The position numbers and the translations under genes are program-made. DNA of 64,000 nucleotides, from positions 448,001-512,000 of the forward strand of contig CAVPOM010000018.1 of NCBI GenBank assembly GCA_963707025.1, read 5' to 3'. The notes beneath the pieces were generated by a model, which made no database searches, was not told the origin of the DNA, and saw only the letters and a program-made list of their open reading frames with translations. This DNA is from an uncultured Verrucomicrobiae bacterium. Its GTDB lineage: Bacteria; Verrucomicrobiota; Verrucomicrobiia; Limisphaerales; Palsa-1400. Position 1 is the stretch's first letter. Each line of letters starts with the position of its first letter. This document shows, one piece after another, positions 1-9,359 of the stretch.

Positions 1-2934
1 GCCGCCGTCTTGCGCGTAGAGGATGGCCAATTGCCGGATGGCGGGGAGAAAGAGAGGATAGGCGGCCAACACCTTCTCGCAGGTCCGTTCCGCTTCCTTG
101 CCCTGGCCTAGATGCTCCTGCACACGGCCCAAGGCCATCAACGCGGGAGCGTAGTCGGCATTCGTCTGCAAAACCTGCTGCACACGGGCGACCGCCTGAG
201 GTTGGTCCGGGTTTTTGAAGGCCGACATCATATCGAGGAATTGTTTGGCGTCGTCGAGTTGGTCAAAGGGGGCGCCGGTTTGCATTGCCCGTTGCATGGC
301 ATCCTGCGCTTCGGCGACTTGGCCCACGCCGAAGTAAGCCCAAGCCAGGTCGTGGAGCAAATCCGGCTGCGCCGGCAGCAGGCGGGCGGCGGCTTCCAGC
401 AGGCTCCGGGCGTAAGGATAGTCGCGGGCCTGAAAGAGCATCCGGCCCAAGGTCGCGGAGATGTAGGGATCATCCGGGGCGAGGGTGTGGGCGGTCTTGG
501 CCAAGTCCAAACCCTTCCCGGCCTGATTAAGTTTGGTGGCATCCAGGAGTGCGAGCCGGATAATGGCGCGGGCATTTTGCGGGGTTTGTTTGATCTCTTT
601 CTCATAGGTCGCGGCGGCCTTTTCAAAAGCGCCATCATGCTCTTGAATGCCAGCCAGCCGAACCAAGGCAACCGGATCGGCGGAATCCTTCCCGATTTGC
701 TCTTCCAACTCGGCGCGCTCGGCGGCAGAGGCGGTTTTGGGGTCGAGTTCGAGAATTCTCAAGCGAAGCCGGGCTTCGTTGGTGCCATCAAAATTCTTCT
801 GGGAAAGAGCAAATTTCAAATTCAACTTGGCGGATTCTTCCTCTCCCAGCATGTAATGAGCCATGCCCACATGGTAGTGAACGTCGGCATCGGCCGGTTG
901 CTTGTCCATGCTTTCCAGCAACAAGGCCAGGGCACGCTCATAGTCGTGCCGCTTGTAAAGAATCCACCCCAGGGTGTCGGCCGCGTAAGGATCATAAGGC
1001 GCGAGTTCCCGGTCCTTCTCCGCCAACTTATATGCCTTGTCCAGGTCGTTGCAGTGCTCGGAATAGAGATAAGCCAGATTGTTCAAGGCACCGGCGAAAT
1101 GCGGGTCCACCTCGAGAAGCTTTTCGTAGGCCTGGCGCGCCAGTTCGTATTCTCCCAATTGAGTGTGGATGATGCCGATTTCCATCAAAGCGGGAACGCT
1201 GTTGGTCAAATTGATGAGGGCGTTAAGTTTGTCCAGCGCTTGCTTCTGTTGGTGCTGGTCCAGGTAAAGCTTGGCCAGCATGAGGTAAGGCAGGGGGAGT
1301 TTGGAATCCAAATCAATGACCTTTTCCAAGTCGGCTCGGGCTGCCGCATTCTCTTTTTGTTTGACATGGATTTCGGCCTGGAGGAGCCAGGGCAGGGGGG
1401 CTTTGGGGTTCTTGTCCATTTGCTGTTTCACACGTTCCAAAGCGGTCGCGTAACGGGATTCTGCAAGGTCCAGGTTCACCAGTCCCTCCAGGGAGGGGAG
1501 GTAATCGGAATTGATGGCGAGGGATTTCTCAAAAGCGGCGCGAGCTTCCACGAGTTTGTCCGTCGTCACCCAGGCTTGTCCTTCGAGAAAAGGAATTTGC
1601 GGTTCTTGCGGAAACGCTTCCTCCACCCGACGATAGATGGCGACGGCTTGATCGGGGGATTTCTGGATCAGGTAGGACAGGGCAAGGGTCAAGCTGGCTG
1701 GAACGATGACCGCCGGAGGGAGATTGGTCTGTTCGGTCAATGGCGTGAGCAGGAAGATGGCCGCCGCGGAATTGCCCTGGCGCAGGTTCAGTTCGGCGAG
1801 CATCAGCTTGGCGGGCACAAAATTGGTGTCCAGTTCCAAGGCGCGGTTCAGGTTGGAGAGGGCTTTGGTCCGGTTCCCACTGAGCAGATAAGCCGAGGCC
1901 AGTTGATAGGGAACCTGTGGGCGGGGATCTTTTGGATACTGGGCCATCAGGTATTCAAAGTCCGCCACGGCCTGTTTTCCGTCCTGCCTTCCCATGCTCA
2001 CATCGGCTTTCATCAGCAGCGCGTCGTAATTGTTTGGATCATGAGCCAGGACTTGGGAAATGTAAGACTTGCATTCTTCGTAGTTGCCTTCGCTATAGGC
2101 AAGCTTCATCAAGAAAAATGGCGGCGGCAAGTAATCGGGCGCCTGGCGGATCAACTCCATCATGCCCTGCCTGGCCTGATTGGTCGCTCCGGTTCGGGCC
2201 TGGAATTCAGCATACATCATCCGCACGGGAGAACGAAGCGGGGCCAGTTCAACCGCCGTTTTGTAGGCTTGGTCCGCCCCTTTGAGATTGTGGTGCATTT
2301 CAGACAATCTGGCCAAACCGACATAAGCCAGGCTGGACTTGGGGTCCATGCTCCTGGCCTGGTTCAATTCGGTCTCGGCGGCGGCCAGGTTGGTTTCGCG
2401 GGCGTCAATCATGCCCAAAGCCAAATGATAACTGGCGCGGTCCTGGTCCTGCTTTTGCAGTTGTTCGATATATTGGCGCGTTTGCCCGGCATCCTCGGCG
2501 CTTTGAGAGGCATCGCACAGAGCCAGGAGAGCCCGTTCGTTGCCCGGCAGGAGCTTGAGGCCGCGCCGGGCCGCCTCTTTTGCGTCCGCAATGCGGCCTA
2601 CCATCGGCAAGATGGCGGCCCACTCGACCTGGACCTCGGCATTGTCCGGTTCGTTCGTGGCCGCCCTCTGCAAAAGCCCAAACGCCGCCCCCGGCCGGCC
2701 TTCCTTGACATAGACCAAGCCCAGTTGGCGCAGAGCGATGGGATTTGGGGGATAAGCCATCCGGCAGGCGTTGCTATAGGCGACTTCCGCTGCGCTGTAA
2801 TCCCCGGCCTGATAGTAATAGTCGGCCCGCGCAACGGCGCGTTTGCTCCGCGCCGCTTTAGTGCAACCCCCGCCCGCGGCGGCAACCAGGGCCAGGGCCA
2901 CCATCGTGGCGAGGGATCGCTTTAAAGTCAGCAT
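1..2934 (-). CDS. Long TPR-repeat lipoprotein, PrsT-like (PEP-CTERM/exosortase system); 3' end outside window
   Basis: Manual translation from ATG 2934 gives MLTLKRSLATMVALALVAAAGGGC (lipobox-like Cys), then TKAARSKRAVARADYYYQAGDYSAAEVAY, which is TPR-like. It is absent from the ORF track, consistent with no stop inside the window. It lies directly downstream of the exosortase. Confidence 0.8.
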   Translation of the reverse strand, partial: MLTLKRSLATMVALALVAAAGGGCTKAARSKRAVARADYYYQAGDYSAAEVAYSNACRMAYPPNPIALRQLGLVYVKEGRPGAAFGLLQRAATNEPDNAEVQVEWAAILPMVGRIADAKEAARRGLKLLPGNERALLALCDASQSAEDAGQTRQYIEQLQKQDQDRASYHLALGMIDARETNLAAAETELNQARSMDPKSSLAYVGLARLSEMHHNLKGADQAYKTAVELAPLRSPVRMMYAEFQARTGATNQARQGMMELIRQAPDYLPPPFFLMKLAYSEGNYEECKSYISQVLAHDPNNYDALLMKADVSMGRQDGKQAVADFEYLMAQYPKDPRPQVPYQLASAYLLSGNRTKALSNLNRALELDTNFVPAKLMLAELNLRQGNSAAAIFLLTPLTEQTNLPPAVIVPASLTLALSYLIQKSPDQAVAIYRRVEEAFPQEPQIPFLEGQAWVTTDKLVEARAAFEKSLAINSDYLPSLEGLVNLDLAESRYATALERVKQQMDKNPKAPLPWLLQAEIHVKQKENAAARADLEKVIDLDSKLPLPYLMLAKLYLDQHQQKQALDKLNALINLTNSVPALMEIGIIHTQLGEYELARQAYEKLLEVDPHFAGALNNLAYLYSEHCNDLDKAYKLAEKDRELAPYDPYAADTLGWILYKRHDYERALALLLESMDKQPADADVHYHVGMAHYMLGEEESAKLNLKFALSQKNFDGTNEARLRLRILELDPKTASAAERAELEEQIGKDSADPVALVRLAGIQEHDGAFEKAAATYEKEIKQTPQNARAIIRLALLDATKLNQAGKGLDLAKTAHTLAPDDPYISATLGRMLFQARDYPYARSLLEAAARLLPAQPDLLHDLAWAYFGVGQVAEAQDAMQRAMQTGAPFDQLDDAKQFLDMMSAFKNPDQPQAVARVQQVLQTNADYAPALMALGRVQEHLGQGKEAERTCEKVLAAYPLFLPAIRQLAILYAQDGG

Positions 2935-2947
2935 GGCAGGCATCTGG

Positions 2948-3929
2948 CTAAGTTTTGTCTCCAGGTTTGACATTGCTTTGCGGCTTGGGTTCGGACTTTC
3001 GCAGCCACACCAGAAACAAAAAGAAGGGGATCAGCGAGAGCGCGAAAAAGACCGGCCCGCCATGGTGGTGAATCCACGAGTTTATCCAGTCGTGGTTGAG
3101 TTGAACGCACAGTTCACCGATGACGAAGATACGAAAGCCGTTTCTGACGATGGCCAGAGGAATGATGAACAACGCCAGGAAGGCGCGCCGCCAGGGTGAA
3201 CGCAAGAAGAGGTTCCCTGCCAGAAGACTAGTAATGAGCAGGACTTGGGTGGAGTGGATCCCGCTGCACTCCGGCGCCACCCCTCAGACTGAAATCAGTC
3301 GGCAGATTCAGTATCAGCCCGTTTTGGCCGCAGTGCGTCCCAGCCAGGCTGAAAAAGCCGTGAGCGGCAGCGGCAGAACTATGTTGGAAGAAGTTTTCCA
3401 TCCCCGCATTCACACGCTCCGGATAAGGAACCATGAAAAGCAGCAGCGCCAGCGGGAAGGCGATGGCCGACATCGTGGCGGCGCCCAGAGAGGCAAAACC
3501 CACCGCCAGCAGCAGCAGTAAAAACGACAGCATCATCACGCACAGATAATCCGCTTCTGCTGGAAACCAGCCCTGTTGGCGGGCCCGAAAATAAAGCGCG
3601 AGGATGGCGCCTCCCGCCGCCGCCGCCGCCGCCGCCGCTCCCCAGCTCGGGCGGACCTCCGCGCCCAACCCGGCGCGCCTGAGCCAGATGAGATAGCCTG
3701 TGATCAGGGGCATGAGCGGCATGTAGGAGTAGAACTCGCTGTCCATGGCGAATCCCATCCAATCGCACAGCGGAACGATGAAACAAAGTGCCAGAACGGC
3801 CGTCAGCGCCGCCAGCACCGCCAGCTTTCTCCACCCAGGCGGCCCCGTTCCCCGCAGAAGGCCGGGCGCGGGCGCGGGAGAGGTTTTCTGCGTATCACCC
3901 GCCAAAACAACATCGCCGGAATTCTCCAT
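2948..3929 (-). pseudogene. Exosortase/archaeosortase family protein, split by a frameshift at 3280-3283
   Basis: N-terminal ORF has multiple TM helices, YSYMPLMPLI and FPLALLLFMVPYP. C-terminal ORF has VAPECSGIHS (catalytic Cys), NGFRI (Arg) and HHHGG (His). Removing one G from a G4 run joins them. Could be a sequencing error. Confidence 0.8.
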
Positions 3930-3997
3930 GGCATGGCTCCCCTTCAATCGAATCATTTGTGCTCGGTCCTGCGCGTCCCACCATCGCAACAACTCCT

Positions 3998-5362
3998 CTA
4001 ATAATGCCACCCTATTTCAATTCCAACTTGCTTGCTGCTCAGGTTAAAAGCGGACAAGCTGGAAGCATCGTCGTAATAGGAATAGAAAATGGAAACCGTG
4101 CCCCGTTGCCGAAACGTGCTGCCCACACTCACTCTGGCAAACCGGTAATTATCCGTGCGATTTTGCTGAACGCTCGCCAGCACCACTGGCGAGCCTATCT
4201 GGTTTGGGTGGAGCAATTCACTAACCGTGGCAAACCCCACATAAGGTATGCTGGAGTAGCCGCCGTTGACTTCGAAGTTGAATTGTTGAAAAAACCGTTG
4301 GCGAAAAGTGGCGCTGATCGAGGTGGTTACCGTCACATCGTCCTGGAAAAGGGCGGGGGCAACCGTACGGGAGGCGACGAGTGACGCGCTGGTGTGCTCG
4401 AAGGGCTGGTAGTTGATCGCGGCGGAAAAAGTAGGATCCACCAATTGCGCCCCCATCAACTGAGAGACCTCCATCCCGGCGCTCGCCACTACGGAGAGTT
4501 TCTTGGCCAACTGCCAATTCAATGTGCCCTGAACCTGTTCAAATTGGATATCCGCACCAGGACTGATCAGGTCGTAGCCGGCAGAGCCATTGATGCCGAA
4601 TCCCAATTTGTATTCTGTCTGATAATTCAAGCCACTGGATAATACCCATGAATGGACATCCTGGGAGATGCCGGTCGTGGGGCCTAAATTCTCTGAAGTG
4701 GAGGTGATGGTCTGATTCACGCTCCATTGAGCCGTGAGATGGCTTCCCAGCTGGCGGCTGGCCGTCAATATTGTCGCATAACTCGCCTGCTGGGTCAGGG
4801 CCTCCGTTTCTCCCTGCGGCTCAGTGGTATAGATGTATGCTTGGGACAAACCGAAGGTCCAGTCCTCATAATGCGTGGTCCCATTCAAGAGCGCATTCTC
4901 GTCAGTTCCATCAGTGAATTTCGGATTGGAATACAAACGCAGAGTAGGGGTGTAATCCAGGGTCCAATGGGAGCCTACATTAAGCAGAAGGCCGGGGGAT
5001 ATCTCCTGGATGGCCGTGGTCAGATGGTTGGTCGGCGAGACCGGAATGCCATCGCCGTAAATGAACCGATAAAGCAAATGCGGGTGGAAATCCACCGGAC
5101 CTAACTGCACTGGACCGAGCGTTTGGGGGATGGAGCCGCCCGGGGGTGGAACGCCCCCCGTTTGGTAACTGGGGAGGGACGGCGCCAGAGTTGATTTCTC
5201 GAAATCGGCCGACGACGGGGCCAGGATCCCTTGGGCCAGCGCCCCGGTGACGCCCGCCAGGAAACCGAGCAGAAGAAGTCCGCGCCCAAGAACCCGGCAG
5301 CCTTCGCGGCGATGAGCCGCCGCTGGCCGACGCCACGGACGAAATGTGATTGTTTTGTCCAA
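3998..5362 (-). CDS. Outer-membrane beta-barrel protein of EPS/exosortase loci
   Basis: Signal-peptide-like LLLLGFLAGVTGALAQ, alternating amphipathic strands, C-terminal aromatic residue (GIEIGWHY). Start uncertain; TTG 5362 chosen. Confidence 0.75.
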   Translation of the reverse strand: MDKTITFRPWRRPAAAHRREGCRVLGRGLLLLGFLAGVTGALAQGILAPSSADFEKSTLAPSLPSYQTGGVPPPGGSIPQTLGPVQLGPVDFHPHLLYRFIYGDGIPVSPTNHLTTAIQEISPGLLLNVGSHWTLDYTPTLRLYSNPKFTDGTDENALLNGTTHYEDWTFGLSQAYIYTTEPQGETEALTQQASYATILTASRQLGSHLTAQWSVNQTITSTSENLGPTTGISQDVHSWVLSSGLNYQTEYKLGFGINGSAGYDLISPGADIQFEQVQGTLNWQLAKKLSVVASAGMEVSQLMGAQLVDPTFSAAINYQPFEHTSASLVASRTVAPALFQDDVTVTTSISATFRQRFFQQFNFEVNGGYSSIPYVGFATVSELLHPNQIGSPVVLASVQQNRTDNYRFARVSVGSTFRQRGTVSIFYSYYDDASSLSAFNLSSKQVGIEIGWHY

Positions 5363-5436
5363 AAAGCGGCCGCGTTTCAGTTTTGCAACGTCCGGGGAAA
5401 GGATAGCCCCTTCAAACCGGGGCTGTAAAGAGCGGC

Positions 5437-6474
5437 TTAAGCAGTCTTCTTCTTTACCTGTTTCACCCACCCCTGGTTATCCAGGTACCATTGGATCGTC
5501 TCCCGGATGCCGCTTTCGAAGGTGTGCGCCGGCTTCCAGCCCAGCTCCTTTTCAATCTTGCCGGCATCAATCGCGTAACGCCGGTCGTGGCCCTGACGGT
5601 CTTTGACAAATTTAATCAGGCCCCGGGAATGCCCGCCCAATTGCGGGGCCATTGCGTCCATCAGGTCGCAGATCAATTCCACGATGCGGATATTGGACCA
5701 TTCATTGTGCCCGCCGATGTTGTAAGTCTCCGCGTCGCGCCCGCGCGTCAGCACCTGCCAGAGCGCCTCCGCGTGATCCCGCACATAAAGCCAGTCCCGC
5801 ACGTTCAGACCGTCGCCATACACAGGAATGGGTTGCCGTTGGCAGACCGCTTCGATGATGACCGGAATCAGCTTCTCTGGAAACTGGTAGGGGCCGTAGT
5901 TGTTGGAGCAATTGGTGGTGACCACCGGCAGGCCATAAGTGCGGTGATAGGCGCGCACCAGCAGGTCGCTCGAGGCCTTGCTCGCCGAGTAAGGCGAGTT
6001 GGGCGCATAGGACGTGGTTTCGGTGAAATAGCCGGTGGCGCCCAGGCTCCCATAAACTTCATCGGTCGAAACATGGTGAAAGCGGCATTCTAATTGCGGA
6101 TTGCGGATTGCGGATTGCGGATTAAACCAGAAACCGCGGCATGCTTCCAGAAGATTGAACGTACCGACGACATTGGTCTGAATAAAGTCGCCAGGGCCGG
6201 TGATGGAGCGGTCCACATGAGATTCGGCGGCCAGATGCAAAACATGGGTGATGCGATGCTTCTCCACCACCCCCAGAACCGCGGCTTTGTCGCGCAGGTC
6301 GGTTTTCTCAAAAGTGTATTTGGGTTGATGCGCGACGCGCTCCAGATTCCCCGGATGACCCGCGTAGGTCAGGCAATCCAAATTGACCAGATGCCGGACT
6401 TCCGGCTCGTCAATAATGTGATGGATCAGGTTCGATCCGATGAAGCCGGCGCCCCCTGTCACTAATAAGTTCAA
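5437..6474 (-). CDS. rfbB: dTDP-glucose 4,6-dehydratase
   Basis: [41 protein letters not shown]. Start adjusted to TTG 6474. Confidence 0.95.
   Translation of the reverse strand: MNLLVTGGAGFIGSNLIHHIIDEPEVRHLVNLDCLTYAGHPGNLERVAHQPKYTFEKTDLRDKAAVLGVVEKHRITHVLHLAAESHVDRSITGPGDFIQTNVVGTFNLLEACRGFWFNPQSAIRNPQLECRFHHVSTDEVYGSLGATGYFTETTSYAPNSPYSASKASSDLLVRAYHRTYGLPVVTTNCSNNYGPYQFPEKLIPVIIEAVCQRQPIPVYGDGLNVRDWLYVRDHAEALWQVLTRGRDAETYNIGGHNEWSNIRIVELICDLMDAMAPQLGGHSRGLIKFVKDRQGHDRRYAIDAGKIEKELGWKPAHTFESGIRETIQWYLDNQGWVKQVKKKTA
6093..6123. repeat. Heptanucleotide tandem repeat (ATTGCGG)x4 + ATT inside rfbB
   Basis: Read directly; encodes [10 protein letters not shown] on the minus strand. Confidence 0.9.
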
Positions 6475-6488
6475 TGTAAAATATAAAT

Positions 6489-7436
6489 TCAGGCGGCCGA
6501 GGGCGTCCAATTTTGCAGCGCCTCCCGCAGGGCCTCCTCCACCGGACGGAGCTTGACGCCCGTGCCCAGCAGTTTGGAAACATCCAGAACGCAGTTGGAG
6601 CGCGGGGTTTTGGCCGCCAGTTTGTAAAATTCCTCATCATCGGCCCAAAACTCGAACGGCCGGGCCGGCTGGAGGATGCGCTTTATCATGGCCACCACCT
6701 GGCGGGTGGAAACAAAACCGGGATTGGTCATGTTGTAAGTCCCGAAAGGGGCGCGCCTCTGCCACAGATCCAGGCAGGCGGCGACAAAATCCCCGCGCTG
6801 GGAGAGCGAATTGACGTTGTCATACACCTTGGCGTAATTTTGCACTTTGCTCAGGTAATTACGGGGATGGTCCCACTGGTCAAAGGGGATGCGCAACCGC
6901 CAGATATAGTGTTGACCCGACTGCCCGAGGGCTTCCTCCGCCAGCGCCTTGGTCCCGCTGTAAAAGCTGCATGGGGGCCGGCGAAAAGTGAAATTCGGCT
7001 CGTCCTCTTCGGTAAAGCCCCCGATGGCCCCGCGATTCTGTTGGAACAACGCCTGGCAGTCCGGCGTGGTCAGATCTTTTTCCACCCGCCCCCCAATTTT
7101 GGCGCCGGCATAAATGCAGCCGGAGGAAACATGCCCGAAAGGAACGCCCTGCGCGGCGCAGGCATGGGCCACCATGGCGGGAAAGAGCGTGTTTCCTTGC
7201 AAGGTGTCCGCCCGGTTTGTTTCGCAGGCATCCACGTTCGGTTTGCCGGTGTAACCAGCCGCGTTGATTAAAAAATCCGGTTTGGTGCGGCGCAACAACT
7301 CCCGCAACACGTCAAACCGGGTGTAGTCGGTCTGGACGCGGGCCGGGGCCTCAAAAGCGAGGGCACGCGCCGCCAGTTCCCGCGCAAAAACCTGGCCGAT
7401 GTAACCGGTCCCGCCTAATAATACGATCTGGCTCAG
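6489..7436 (-). CDS. RmlD-family / NRS-ER-like NDP-4-keto-6-deoxyhexose (epimerase-)reductase
   Basis: Frame extends upstream of the called ORF to [14 protein letters not shown] (Rossmann motif). Also [14 protein letters not shown] and YSGTK (YxxxK). Probable CTG start overlapping the rfbA stop. Confidence 0.85.
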   Translation of the reverse strand: MSQIVLLGGTGYIGQVFARELAARALAFEAPARVQTDYTRFDVLRELLRRTKPDFLINAAGYTGKPNVDACETNRADTLQGNTLFPAMVAHACAAQGVPFGHVSSGCIYAGAKIGGRVEKDLTTPDCQALFQQNRGAIGGFTEEDEPNFTFRRPPCSFYSGTKALAEEALGQSGQHYIWRLRIPFDQWDHPRNYLSKVQNYAKVYDNVNSLSQRGDFVAACLDLWQRRAPFGTYNMTNPGFVSTRQVVAMIKRILQPARPFEFWADDEEFYKLAAKTPRSNCVLDVSKLLGTGVKLRPVEEALREALQNWTPSAA

Positions 7437-8302
7437 GGTTGTCCTTCCGCCAGCACCCGGTACAGATAATCCCGGTATTCGCAGTTGGGTGATCGGGCCG
7501 CCAGTGCTTCAAATTGGGGCCGGTTAATGAATCCGCTCCGGAACGCCGCCTCTTCCGGACAGCCGATCTTTATCCCCTGTCTTTTCTCGATGGTCTGCAC
7601 GTAGGCGGAAGCTTCGTGCAGGCTGCTGCTGGTCCCGGCATCCAGCCAGGCAAAGCCGCGGCTCAACTGGCGCACCCGCAACTGGCCGCGCCGCAGGTAT
7701 TGCACGTTGACCTCGGTGATCTCCAGTTCGCCCCGGGCCGACGGCCGCAGTTGCCGCGTAATTTCCAGCACCGTGTTGTCGTAAAGATAAAGTCCGGGCA
7801 CCGCGTAATGGCTGCGGGGCGACTTGGGTTTTTCTTCAATGGAAATGGCCCGGCCGTCCTGGTCAAACTCCACCACGCCATACCGTTCCGGATCGGTCAC
7901 CCGATAGCCGAAAATGCAGGCGCCCCCGTCAAACTGCTCGAAGGCGGCCTTGAAACTATCCGCGCCGTAAAAAATGTTGTCTCCCAGGATCAGCGTCACC
8001 GGATCGGCGCCGATGAACGAGGCCGCGATTAAAAAGGCCTGGGCGATGCCGGCGGGCTTGGCCTGCTCCCGATAATCCATGCTCAACCCCAATTGCCGGC
8101 CGTCGCCCAGGAGTTGCTGGAAGCGCGGCAGATCCTGCGGCGTGGAGATGAGGCAAATCTCCCGCACGCCGTTTTCAATCAAAGTGGTCAGCGGATAATA
8201 AACCATTGGTTTGTCGAATACCGGCTGCAACTGTTTGCTCGCCACCAGGGTGAGCGGGAAGAGGCGCGAGCCCGCCCCGCCGGCCAGTATGATTCCTTTC
8301 AT
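7433..8302 (-). CDS. rfbA: Glucose-1-phosphate thymidylyltransferase
   Basis: MKGIILAGGAGSRLFPLT, SKQLQPV, LGDN, RGELEIT, WLDAGT. Confidence 0.95.
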   Translation of the reverse strand: MKGIILAGGAGSRLFPLTLVASKQLQPVFDKPMVYYPLTTLIENGVREICLISTPQDLPRFQQLLGDGRQLGLSMDYREQAKPAGIAQAFLIAASFIGADPVTLILGDNIFYGADSFKAAFEQFDGGACIFGYRVTDPERYGVVEFDQDGRAISIEEKPKSPRSHYAVPGLYLYDNTVLEITRQLRPSARGELEITEVNVQYLRRGQLRVRQLSRGFAWLDAGTSSSLHEASAYVQTIEKRQGIKIGCPEEAAFRSGFINRPQFEALAARSPNCEYRDYLYRVLAEGQP

Positions 8303-8331
8303 CCGATTCCTTTCGTGCGACCTTGCCAGAA

Positions 8332-9336
8332 TCAAGGCGGCGTGGAGGGAGATGGCCCGGGAGGACTCGCCGGCGCTTGCGGGGCGCGCGCCGCCAGGCG
8401 CACTTTGTGCAGACAATCCTGCCAGGCCTCCTCCAGGCTCCGCATTTTGACGCCGGTGGCCAGAAGTTTGGAAACGTCCAAAATACAATGGGATTGCGGC
8501 GCTTTGCCGCCCGCCCGCGCCGGCTCTTCCTCGTCCGGCCGGAAATCCAGCGGGCGCGGCAGTTTGCCGACCCGGTGCATCAACTCGGCCAGATGCAAGG
8601 TGGTGGCCGCGCCGGGATTGGTCACATTGTAAATGCCAAACGGCGCGCCGATTTTCCACAGGTCAAGACAGGCCCGCACACAATCCTCCGTGTGAGACAG
8701 CGAATCAATCGTGTCGCCAGGATGGGCCTGACGTTGGAACTGCCACAGGAAATTGCGCGGATCCTCCCGCTCGCTGAAGGCCAGCCTGGGCCGCCAGATA
8801 TAACTATGCCCAATGTCCCGGATCGCCTCCTCCGCCAGCGCCTTGGTCCCGCTGTGAAACGTGCAGGGCGGGCTGCGGAAGGAAAAATTCGGCTCATCCA
8901 GCTCGTTAAACCCGGAGATCAATTGTGGCTGCTTCTCAAACATCTCCCGCACGCCGGGCCGGCTCAGGTCTCGCTCCACGCGCGCCTGGCCCTCCTCCAT
9001 GATTTTTGCCCCGGTGTAAATGGAACCGGAGGACAGATGGCCCCAGGGCGTCTTGGTCATCAGGCAGACCCGCGCAATCATCTGCGGCAGCAGGGCGTTG
9101 GCCAGCATGGCCTGTTCCCGCGCCGCTTCCAACCCGTCTTCCTCCGGCCAGCAGCAATAACCGGCGGCGTTGATGAGGAACAGCGGCCTCATCGTGCGCA
9201 GGTAATCAAAGAGGTAGTCGAAACGGGTGTAATCGAACGCCGTGCGGGTCAGCGGGATAAAGGACTGGCCGCGCCGCCGCAATTCGGCGGCGAAAGCCCT
9301 GCCAAAATATCCGCTGGAACCGAGCAAGACGATCAT
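8332..9336 (-). CDS. Second RmlD/NRS-ER-like paralogue with altered catalytic motif
   Basis: MIVLLGSSGYFG; collinear with 6489-7436 but has HSGTK in place of YSGTK. Confidence 0.85.
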   Translation of the reverse strand: MIVLLGSSGYFGRAFAAELRRRGQSFIPLTRTAFDYTRFDYLFDYLRTMRPLFLINAAGYCCWPEEDGLEAAREQAMLANALLPQMIARVCLMTKTPWGHLSSGSIYTGAKIMEEGQARVERDLSRPGVREMFEKQPQLISGFNELDEPNFSFRSPPCTFHSGTKALAEEAIRDIGHSYIWRPRLAFSEREDPRNFLWQFQRQAHPGDTIDSLSHTEDCVRACLDLWKIGAPFGIYNVTNPGAATTLHLAELMHRVGKLPRPLDFRPDEEEPARAGGKAPQSHCILDVSKLLATGVKMRSLEEAWQDCLHKVRLAARAPQAPASPPGPSPSTPP

Positions 9337-9359
9337 TAGCTGTCCTTGGCTTTCCGAGC

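Noticed and set aside
112..2925. 937-aa + strand ORF
   Set aside because: Antisense shadow of the minus-strand TPR lipoprotein; no recognisable motifs.
3614..3638. (GCC)n run in the exosortase as a phase-variation tract
   Set aside because: Trinucleotide unit encoding poly-Ala in a TM helix; length changes keep the frame.
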